From: Candidatus Poribacteria bacterium
Lineage (GTDB): Bacteria; Poribacteria; WGA-4E; PCPOR2b
Direction of reading: 5' to 3'
Assembly (NCBI GenBank): GCA_021295755.1
Contig: JAGWBT010000003.1
Coordinates: 43,129 to 107,128 of the forward strand
Length of the DNA: 64,000 nucleotides
Below the pieces are notes generated by a model, which saw only the letters and a list, made by a program, of their open reading frames with translations, did no database searches and was not told the DNA's origin. This document shows, piece by piece, positions 10,632-17,680 of the stretch (its first letter is position 1; each line of letters begins with the position of its first letter). Position numbers and translations under genes: made by a program.

Positions 10632-10743
10632 GGCAAACCTTGTGGTTGCCCTCATTCCTTTCGCTCCAGAGGAGCGATATGTCTATAGAAGGGTAATGGG
10701 ACCAATCCACGCGCTCCAGAGGAGCGCAATGTGTAAGCAAAGT
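10632..10743. repeat. REP-like palindromic repeat block: hairpin GGCAAACC-TTGT-GGTTGCC plus two tandem units CGCTCC-AGA-GGAGCG followed by ATGTCTATAGA or ATGTGTAAG
   Basis: A paralogous block lies at 13917-14003, where the stems differ by compensatory changes. Confidence 0.6.
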
Positions 10744-10809
10744 ATGTCCAACACCAATACCCCAAATTCCCAACAGGACGACAAATATCTAATATATGGA
10801 GGAATAATA

Positions 10810-12255
10810 ATGTATTTGAGATTGGAACAACCCAAAATTAGACGAAAGATTGTCGTCTGGTTTCTGGCAGTTGTTTTGGGAACCGGGGGCATTGTCTCAG
10901 AAAGCGTCGCAGAACACGATTGGACAGACCAGATTGCTGCTTTCAAACCGATGGTTGTGAATGTGGAGACCTCTTCAGAGGTTGTGTTTGAAACGGAGTC
11001 GAAAGGGACTAGTTTCGCCACCGGTTTCATCGTTGATGCTGAGCAAGGGATTATCGTGACCAATCGGCATGTAACGGGCAGCAGTCCGTCTTATGTCAAG
11101 ATCAATTTCTACGATGGTAGCTTTACAGAAGCACAGGTGCTTTACTACGATCCCACGCACGACTTCGGCTTTTATCAGATTGATCCGAAGGAAGTGTTGT
11201 TTGAACTCCAAGCTGTGCAACTCGGTTCATGGCGGGATCTTGCGCTCGGGGACGAGCTGCTTCTAATCGGCAATAATGAGAAAGAGGAGTATTCCATCAA
11301 GCGCGGCAGGGTTGCCAATCTCAATGTGAACAAAGGCGATCGGCATTCCAGCTACATCCATACAACGTTTGATCGCACAGGTGGATCAAGCGGCAGTCCG
11401 GTGTGGAACACGAAAGGCGAGGTCATCGCCATCCATGCGCGTGGAACCGATACCTCTAGCTTTGAATTACCAGTCAATTATGTGATTGATACCCTCAAAC
11501 AGATTCAAAGCGGAGGGACAATCCAACGTGGAGAGATTGGGGTGGATTTAGAGTTGATCTCGATTGGGGAGGCAATTAAGCATTTTGGATTACCTGAAGC
11601 TTCCCGTGCAGAGATAGGCCCCTCTGAGGCGGGAACGCCGAAAGTGATACAGATTGAATCGATTATTCCCAAAACGACAGGTGAGGCAGGCCTTCTTGCT
11701 TCCGATATCATCTATAGGATAAATGGAAAACTAATTCGTGATGACCTGTATACTTTTGATGCAATCCTCAACGAAAACGCCGGGGAAAGTGTGATCTTGG
11801 ATATCTATCGCAACGGAAAGGCTGTGACAGTTGAAGTCATGGTAGAAGATATGGAGTTGAAGAAAGTTCGCCGATTCGTCCGATTCGCCGGATCTGTCTT
11901 CCACGACATAACACCTCAGCTTAGGCATCTGCTTTACTTTGAGGCTGATGGGGTCTACCTCCCACATGCTGATGCGGGAAGTAGCTTTTCCCGGGTTGGC
12001 ATCCGCGAACGCAGCGGCAACTCAAAAGTGGTCATTCTGGAGATTAACGGACGGGCGATTAGGAATCTTGACGATTTTATCGCTGCCTGCGCAGAGATTT
12101 CGGGAGGACAGCATACCTATGTGGTCATCCGCGACTTCAATCGCTTTGACAGTTCACCGACCCCTAGGAGTTTAACGATTAACCTGAAATTTGGTACCCT
12201 TGACGTATTTGAGTGGAATGAGAACAATCTCGATTGGGAAAAAGTTGAGGAATGA
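10810..12255 (+). CDS. Trypsin-like serine protease with C-terminal PDZ-like domain(s) (DegP/HtrA-like), secreted
   Basis: Catalytic-triad contexts TNRHVTG, HDFGFYQID and GGSSGSPV, plus a signal-like N-terminus MYLRLEQPKIRRKIVVWFLAVVLG. The start is moved to the ATG at 10810, which has a GGAGG RBS; the longer listed ORF covers the repeat block. Confidence 0.75.
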   Translation: MYLRLEQPKIRRKIVVWFLAVVLGTGGIVSESVAEHDWTDQIAAFKPMVVNVETSSEVVFETESKGTSFATGFIVDAEQGIIVTNRHVTGSSPSYVKINFYDGSFTEAQVLYYDPTHDFGFYQIDPKEVLFELQAVQLGSWRDLALGDELLLIGNNEKEEYSIKRGRVANLNVNKGDRHSSYIHTTFDRTGGSSGSPVWNTKGEVIAIHARGTDTSSFELPVNYVIDTLKQIQSGGTIQRGEIGVDLELISIGEAIKHFGLPEASRAEIGPSEAGTPKVIQIESIIPKTTGEAGLLASDIIYRINGKLIRDDLYTFDAILNENAGESVILDIYRNGKAVTVEVMVEDMELKKVRRFVRFAGSVFHDITPQLRHLLYFEADGVYLPHADAGSSFSRVGIRERSGNSKVVILEINGRAIRNLDDFIAACAEISGGQHTYVVIRDFNRFDSSPTPRSLTINLKFGTLDVFEWNENNLDWEKVEE

Positions 12256-12295
12256 CACACTGAACCTAATGCGTATTTTGATGGAAGGAAATGAG

Positions 12296-13711
12296 ATGCG
12301 TTATAAACCCGTTTCTGCAATGTTTGCAGTGACTTGTTTGATGTTGTGCGCGCTCGGTCCAGCGATTGGGGATATTGAAATTGATATCTTCCTGCTGAAC
12401 ACTGAGTTCTTTTTCGATAATAAGAAACCGCATGGAGAAGTTGTCGGCAAATCGGTGCCTGTGCCAACCGCAGAGCAATATGAGGCAAAAGCCAAAACCA
12501 TCGCTGAACTTATTGACACCCACAAGGCAAATATCGTCGGGCTCATTGAAGTTGAAAACCGAGCTGTCCTCGAAAAAGTCAAATATTACCTCGCAAGTCC
12601 CGACGATTGGGAAATCGCTTTCGATGAAGGCAGGGATACCTATACCGGTCAAGATGTCGCCATTCTCACGAAATTTCGGATTGTGCGGGGGAGTGCGACA
12701 AACTTTCCGGAGGAGCGTGAGATCTACTTTGTGAATGACCAAGAGTACGATGTGAACCCTTCAAAGATTCTGGGTGTCGAATTAAAGATTGACAACCAAT
12801 CGTTCTATGTCCTAATCACTCACCTCATTTCTCGACGTAACCCAAGGGACGCCAAGCGGCTTGCACAAGCCACCGTCCTGCGGCGGCAGGCCGTCAAAGC
12901 GATGATGGAAGATAAGAATGTCATTGTCATGGGAGACATGAACGACACACCGGCAACGCCGGTAATTAACCGGCTCCGTGGGTTCGATGACATTTGGGGT
13001 GATTTCTTGCAGACTGCCAATGCAGTTGAAGCTAATAATCGGTATACGTACATCCACGAAGGTCAGAAAAATCTGATCGATTACATCCTCATCAGTCCGA
13101 GCCTGCGAAATGAGTTTCGCAATGTTGAGAAGACAAAGCGGTGTGAAATTATTGATGTCAGCGAGCTATCGGATCATCGGGCAATCCTTGCTCGATTGCG
13201 GATTATCCATCCTGTTGTTGTTCTTGAAACGGACAAAGGGACCATCGAAATCGAACTTTACCCAGATGTTGCCCCGAAAACTGTCGCCAACTTTATCAAG
13301 CTAATTGAAATGGACTTTTACGACGGTCTCACCTTTCACCGGTATGTGGAGAGCTTTGTGATTCAGGGCGGAGATCCGGAGGGTAGTGGTAGTGGTGGTC
13401 CAGGATGGACAATTCCGGGCGAGTTTCAAAATTCGAAACTCCGTGCGAAGATGCCTCGACACAGAAAAGGGGTGGTGGCTATGGCACGAGCGAACAAGCC
13501 GGACTCCGCAGGAAGTCAATTCTACATCTGCTTGGACGCAAAGCCCTCTCGCTATTTTAGCCTTAACGGTCAGTATACCACTTTTGGGAAAGTCATTGCA
13601 GGCATTGATGTAGTCGATCAACTCCGCAAAGGAGATGTGATGAACACAGTGCAGATAAAGGGCAAGAACGAAGAATCAGCCGCACCAACTGGGGAACAGA
13701 CATCTCAATAA
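12296..13711 (+). CDS. Fusion protein: endonuclease/exonuclease/phosphatase (EEP) domain plus a cyclophilin-type peptidyl-prolyl isomerase
   Basis: The C-terminal half has cyclophilin signatures (FHRYVESFVIQGGDP, GVVAMARANKPDSAGSQFYI). The N-terminal half is EEP-like with a signal peptide. The start is set at the ATG after a GGAAGGA RBS to avoid overlap with the protease. Confidence 0.7.
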   Translation: MRYKPVSAMFAVTCLMLCALGPAIGDIEIDIFLLNTEFFFDNKKPHGEVVGKSVPVPTAEQYEAKAKTIAELIDTHKANIVGLIEVENRAVLEKVKYYLASPDDWEIAFDEGRDTYTGQDVAILTKFRIVRGSATNFPEEREIYFVNDQEYDVNPSKILGVELKIDNQSFYVLITHLISRRNPRDAKRLAQATVLRRQAVKAMMEDKNVIVMGDMNDTPATPVINRLRGFDDIWGDFLQTANAVEANNRYTYIHEGQKNLIDYILISPSLRNEFRNVEKTKRCEIIDVSELSDHRAILARLRIIHPVVVLETDKGTIEIELYPDVAPKTVANFIKLIEMDFYDGLTFHRYVESFVIQGGDPEGSGSGGPGWTIPGEFQNSKLRAKMPRHRKGVVAMARANKPDSAGSQFYICLDAKPSRYFSLNGQYTTFGKVIAGIDVVDQLRKGDVMNTVQIKGKNEESAAPTGEQTSQ

Positions 13712-13740
13712 AGGATTGGCATAACCCATGTTGCTCGGTT

Positions 13741-13840
13741 CTGTAGGTCGATTTTCCAAAATCGACGTGCTGTGTCGAGATATGAATCTTGACCTACAGG
13801 TTGCAACCAATCCCCGTAGGTCGGGCATCTTGCCCGACCT
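13741..13840. repeat. Short copy of the MITE-like element (CTGTAGGTCGA...TCAAGACCTACAG) followed by a related hairpin AGGTCGGGC-ATCTT-GCCCGACCT
   Basis: Sequence identity of its ends with 7181-7281. The adjacent perfect 9-bp hairpin shares the GTAGGTCG core. Confidence 0.55.
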
Positions 13841-13916
13841 CCTTATCGGGCGGTGCGACATGTGTTAAAGTAGAAATGGAGGAAAAACCAGAGATATTAA
13901 TCTTTGCTTACTTTCG

Positions 13917-14003
13917 TTTTTCGCCCCAGAGGGGCGACATGTCTATAGGGTAGCGGTATACCTAATCTTCGCGCTCCAGAGGAGTGCTATGTGTATAGTA
14001 GAG
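13917..14003. repeat. Second REP-like block: CGCCCC-AGA-GGGGCG then ACATGTCTATAGGG, and CGCTCC-AGA-GGAGTG then CTATGTGTATAG
   Basis: Paralogous to 10660-10743. The stem change CGCTCC/GGAGCG to CGCCCC/GGGGCG preserves base pairing. Confidence 0.6.
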
Positions 14004-14061
14004 TTTTCATTGTGATAACAAGGCAGATAATTTGCCAACAACATCAAGGAGGTAACAAAAC

Positions 14062-14706
14062 ATGTCAGAATCGTTGAAACAACGTCTACACCGGGGCGAG
14101 AGCCTTAAAGTCGCAGGATCCTCTATAGATGCATCGAGGAGCGAACTCGAAGCCCTTCTCAGTCAAGATTCCTACGATATAGTCTCTATCGACAGCCAGC
14201 ACGCAGCGTTCAATGAAGACAGATTGGTTTCATTTTGCGCCATGGCAGCCGAGTTGAGCGTGCCTACCCAATTTCGCATCAAAAACACGCGGCAGGCGTA
14301 CTTAATCGGCAACTACCTAGACCTCGGACCATTTTCCATTGTGGTGCCACAGGTTGAGGACGAGGAAACCGTCGATGAGGCGATAAACGCCTTCTACTAT
14401 CCACCAATCGGCAAAAGGAGTTGGGGTCCCAGTTCGGGGTACGGCTTCAAACCGGATATGGAACGACTGGAGTACGCCGAATGGTGGAACAACAACGGCA
14501 TCCTTGCTATCCAACTAGAGTCGGTCAATGCCGTAACCAATGCACGACACCTCGGCAAACCGGGTATTGACATGTTCCTCTTTGGCGCAAATGACATGAA
14601 CTTTAGTTTGGAACAATACCCAGACCATCCGTTCAAGACGGTTGAGGATATGATTCAGCACGTTGTGGAACAAATGGAAGGCACACACGTCAAGGTCAAT
14701 GCTTGA
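14062..14706 (+). CDS. HpcH/HpaI-family aldolase (2-keto-3-deoxy sugar-acid aldolase-like)
   Basis: Family-typical IVSIDSQHAAFNEDRL context, 214 aa, and a GGAGG RBS. Confidence 0.65.
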   Translation: MSESLKQRLHRGESLKVAGSSIDASRSELEALLSQDSYDIVSIDSQHAAFNEDRLVSFCAMAAELSVPTQFRIKNTRQAYLIGNYLDLGPFSIVVPQVEDEETVDEAINAFYYPPIGKRSWGPSSGYGFKPDMERLEYAEWWNNNGILAIQLESVNAVTNARHLGKPGIDMFLFGANDMNFSLEQYPDHPFKTVEDMIQHVVEQMEGTHVKVNA

Positions 14707-14823
14707 GAATGCGCGAAACTTGATGCGTAGGGTGTAGGTTGGGTTGAACGGTTAACCCCAAATCCCTATCAAGCACAATGGAGTTTCCGTTTTCCAACAT
14801 CGCATCTTTTCGTATAGAGATAG

Positions 14824-14880
14824 TGAAACCCAACACCCCAATCCAACCGACGCTCAAACGTTGGGTTTCACTCGATTTTT
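14824..14880 (+). terminator. Hairpin GTGAAACCCAAC...GTTGGGTTTCAC followed by TCGATTTTT
   Basis: 12-bp perfect stem with a large 24-nt loop and a T-rich tail. It lies about 120 bp downstream of the aldolase stop codon. Confidence 0.35.
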
Positions 14881-14989
14881 GACCTTTTAACTAGTCCTAC
14901 ACCACCCGATCCAATTGTAATGCGCGATATTTTTGATTTTTTCCCCGTTCAATTCAACCACGGATCAATGAACGAATGAACCTTTGACC

Positions 14990-15022
14990 GTTTACGCATT
15001 ACGTTTCATGTTTTACGCTTCA
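14990..15022. repeat. TTTACGC / ACGTTT direct-repeat cluster (CCGTTTACGCATTACGTTTCATGTTTTACGCTTCA)
   Basis: The same ACGTTTTACGCATCACGTTT-like motif recurs at 25704-25730, 61427-61455 and 45764-45790, and on the reverse strand near 42137-42160. Confidence 0.5.
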
Positions 15023-15066
15023 TTCTAGCACTGCCTTCCCGCCCTCATACACCTTGCTAAGAGAGG

Positions 15067-15129
15067 TCACGGATATCCGTGAATCCCTTTATTTTATGCC
15101 TTGATCTCTCTTTTGTGTCATGCTATAAT
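15067..15129 (+). promoter_or_regulatory. Candidate promoter of the bc-complex operon: perfect 16-bp palindrome TCACGGATATCCGTGA, then TTGATC, a 17-bp spacer and an extended -10 TGcTATAAT
   Basis: The palindrome centre lies about 50 bp upstream of the -10 start. The identical palindrome, at the same spacing from a TGcTATcAT -10, is found at 24718-24781. Confidence 0.5.
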
Positions 15130-15237
15130 GACTGCCGATTCGACGAACTGCAATCAAAATACTCGGGTCGTGTCCTTTGCTTTCATTACACACCGTTTTA
15201 CTATATTCCACAAACTTTGAAATTTGAGGTGAAGTTG

Positions 15238-15726
15238 GTGCTATCACGACGTTCATTTTTTAAGTTTCTGGGCTGGGGAAATTTCCTCGCTGCTACCGGC
15301 CTTGCCTTTGGTCCCGGATTGATCCGATTCTTATACCCGCGAGTCCTTTTTGAACCATCCTCGGTCTTTAAGGCTGGATTTCCCGGCGAATATCCTCCCG
15401 GAACGGTTAGCGAGAAGTTCAAGAAAAATCCGTATCGCGTCTGGATTGTTCGAAAAGAAGATGGCGAGTTTTACGCATTGTTAGCTATTTGCACCCACCT
15501 CGGTTGCACCCCTCGATGGTTTGCATCTGAGAATAAATTTAAGTGCCCTTGTCACGGCAGCGGATTTGACCGTGAAGGGATGCACTTTGAAGGCCCTGCA
15601 CCGCGTCCCCTTGAGCGCGTGCAAATTACGCTGGCGGAGGATGGACAACTGCTGATTGATAAGTCCGTAAAGTTTCTGGAAGAGCGGGGCGATTGGGGAA
15701 AACCAGGGTCTTCTTTAAGGGTTTAA
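15238..15726 (+). CDS. Rieske [2Fe-2S] protein of a cytochrome bc-type complex, Tat-exported
   Basis: Rieske boxes CTHLGC and CPCHGSGF, and a twin-arginine motif SRRSFFKFL right after the GTG at 15238 (GAGGTGA RBS). The longer listed ORF from 15079 would cover the promoter elements. Confidence 0.8.
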   Translation: MLSRRSFFKFLGWGNFLAATGLAFGPGLIRFLYPRVLFEPSSVFKAGFPGEYPPGTVSEKFKKNPYRVWIVRKEDGEFYALLAICTHLGCTPRWFASENKFKCPCHGSGFDREGMHFEGPAPRPLERVQITLAEDGQLLIDKSVKFLEERGDWGKPGSSLRV

Positions 15727-15733
15727 TAAAGTA

Positions 15734-15758
15734 GTAGGCATACTCTGTATGCCGTAAC
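15734..15758. repeat. 3'-UTR hairpin element GTAGGCATAC-TCT-GTATGCCGTAAC immediately after the Rieske stop codon
   Basis: 7-bp stem and 3-nt loop. Near-identical elements follow the stop codons at 20806 and 22620. Confidence 0.55.
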
Positions 15759-15941
15759 CGATTTATAGTAGATATACTCTGTCTTGATCTCCGCGACGAG
15801 GCTTTGAAGGTTCGACTGCGTAAATTCTAATTCTACTAAATTATACCCTTTTGGTGCGGTCTTAACAAGAAAACCAAATTGAGCAAGAAAGGAGCTATAC
15901 AGCCTTGGTGATGCTAACGCGAAACAGGCTGAGTTGTTATT

Positions 15942-16715
15942 ATGAATGAAAGACGTAATGGATTAAAAGAGAAAATCACAAATAACCAGATCTGGCAGTC
16001 GATGTTTCGCCACGGCTACGAAAAAACAGGAAGACGATATACCCTCCAAGTCCTCCAAAATGTCTGGCTTCATCTGCATCCTCCCCGCGTTACCCGCCAC
16101 GCGATTAACTTCCGATTTACATGGTGCATGGGCGGGATTACCTTTCTGATGTTTCTTGTCACCGCCGTTACTGGTGTGTTATTGATGTTCTACTATCGTC
16201 CCACCGCAGAATACGCATTCCGTGATATCCAGTATCTTGAATTTGACATCCCATTCGGGATGCTCCTGCGTAATATGCACCGTTGGGCAGCCCACGGCAT
16301 GGTCATCGCAGTGATGCTCCACATGTTCCGCGTTTTCCTGACCGGGTCCTATAAAAAACCTCGCGAATTTAACTGGGGGGTCGGTGTCATCCTACTGCTT
16401 GTCACCTTTTTCCTCAGCTTTACCGGCTATCTGCTGCCGTGGGATCAGCTCGCATTTTGGGCGGTCACCGTCGGAACGAACATGGCGCGAGCAACACCCG
16501 TCTTAGGACATGAAGGTCCCTTCGCCCCGCAGGATATTGTTACTCAATCGAATGATGTCCGCTTCGCCCTCCTTGGGGGAACAATTGTTGGACCTTCAAC
16601 GCTATTACGATTTTACATCCTTCATTGTGTCGCCGTGCCGCTTTTGGCAAGCGTGTTGATGGCTCTACATTTCTGGCGTGTCCGTAAGGATGGCGGTATT
16701 TCTGGACCCCTGTAG
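15942..16715 (+). CDS. Cytochrome b, N-terminal (b6-like) half of a split cytochrome b
   Basis: Heme-ligand regions LLRNMHRWAAHGMVIAVMLHMFR and YLLPWDQLAFWA. It is 257 aa and is followed by a separate C-terminal-half gene. Confidence 0.85.
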   Translation: MNERRNGLKEKITNNQIWQSMFRHGYEKTGRRYTLQVLQNVWLHLHPPRVTRHAINFRFTWCMGGITFLMFLVTAVTGVLLMFYYRPTAEYAFRDIQYLEFDIPFGMLLRNMHRWAAHGMVIAVMLHMFRVFLTGSYKKPREFNWGVGVILLLVTFFLSFTGYLLPWDQLAFWAVTVGTNMARATPVLGHEGPFAPQDIVTQSNDVRFALLGGTIVGPSTLLRFYILHCVAVPLLASVLMALHFWRVRKDGGISGPL

Positions 16716-16756
16716 AACTGAATTCATTTCAATACTTATTTTCAGTGAGGTGATAT

Positions 16757-17623
16757 ATGGAGCATTTTCTTTTATTGGTTACGAAGCCGGATAACGTTCC
16801 AATTGTTGCAATTGTGTTGTTGTTACCTTTCTTCACTTGGCTTGCATTCAGCCAAGGGCGCAGAAATGACCGAGCCGGCACACCCGCAGAAGCAGCACTT
16901 AACGATAAAGTCTACTGCTGGCCCTACCTTTGCCGCAACGAGTTTCTCTGTGCGATTATTGTAATGCTCGTGCTGGGGATATGGTCTATTACCATTGATG
17001 CCCCCCTCGAAGAGCCCAGCGATCCAACAAAAACCCCGAATCCATCTAAGGCCCCATGGTATTTCCTCGCGCTACAGGAAATGCTAGTTTACTTTGATCC
17101 GTGGATTGCAGGTGTTGTCTTGCCAGGATTGATTATCGCCGGTTTAGTCGCCATTCCCTTTATAGATATCAATCCCAAAGGAAAAGGCTACTATACCCTA
17201 AAAGAGCGTCCGTTTGCACTTATTATCTTCTGTTTCGGCTTTTTCGTGTTATGGATCGTGTTGATGGTCGTCGGCACCTTCCTGAGGGGACCCGGTTGGA
17301 ACTTTTTCGCCCCATGGAAAGAGTGGGATCCGCACAAAATTGTGCCGTTAACCAACGTCAACCTCTCTTACCTATTTGGCATCCGGAACGAACAGCCCGC
17401 CGGTATCTTCGGGATGTGTGTTGTCGTCGGCTATTTTGCTCTGGGTCCCATCTATTATTATCTAAAAAGAGGAACGAGTAAGTTCCTTCAAGAGTTGGGA
17501 TTAGTGCGATACATCGTGGTTTCATTCCTGTTTTTAACGATGATGTCTTTGCCTATCAAGATGATTCTTCGGTGGACATTGAATATCAAGTATATTTGGG
17601 TTTCTCCGTGGTTCAATATCTAG
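16757..17623 (+). CDS. Cytochrome b C-terminal half (subunit-IV/PetD-like), extended
   Basis: Multi-TM protein with PEWY-region-like PWYFLALQEMLVYF. It sits immediately downstream of the b6-like gene. Confidence 0.75.
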   Translation: MEHFLLLVTKPDNVPIVAIVLLLPFFTWLAFSQGRRNDRAGTPAEAALNDKVYCWPYLCRNEFLCAIIVMLVLGIWSITIDAPLEEPSDPTKTPNPSKAPWYFLALQEMLVYFDPWIAGVVLPGLIIAGLVAIPFIDINPKGKGYYTLKERPFALIIFCFGFFVLWIVLMVVGTFLRGPGWNFFAPWKEWDPHKIVPLTNVNLSYLFGIRNEQPAGIFGMCVVVGYFALGPIYYYLKRGTSKFLQELGLVRYIVVSFLFLTMMSLPIKMILRWTLNIKYIWVSPWFNI

Positions 17624-17680
17624 GGCGTATTGGACAATGTGTAATTCGTCCATTCAAATAGTAAGGAGTCAATAGGAATC

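Noticed and set aside
10621-10809. Upstream start of the protease ORF
   Set aside because: This part translates the palindromic repeat block. A GGAGG RBS and a signal-like sequence support the start at 10810.
10660-14003. The tandem hairpin repeats as a possible CRISPR array
   Set aside because: There are only two units per locus, the 'repeats' are variable and the 'spacers' are unequal. No cas genes are present. They are REP-like elements.
15079-15237. Longer N-terminal extension of the Rieske ORF (listed start 15079)
   Set aside because: The extension has no protein-like features and would overlap the palindrome and the -35/-10 elements. A Tat motif directly follows the GTG at 15238, which has a good RBS.
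17101-17481. 126-aa ORF inside the cytochrome b C-terminal gene, and many similar 60-160-aa antisense or overlapping ORFs throughout the track (for example 9977-10381, 21552-22043, 49277-49969 and 47529-47978)
   Set aside because: They lie wholly within well-supported genes in other frames, have Arg/Ser/Pro-rich low-complexity translations and lack RBSs. They are spurious.
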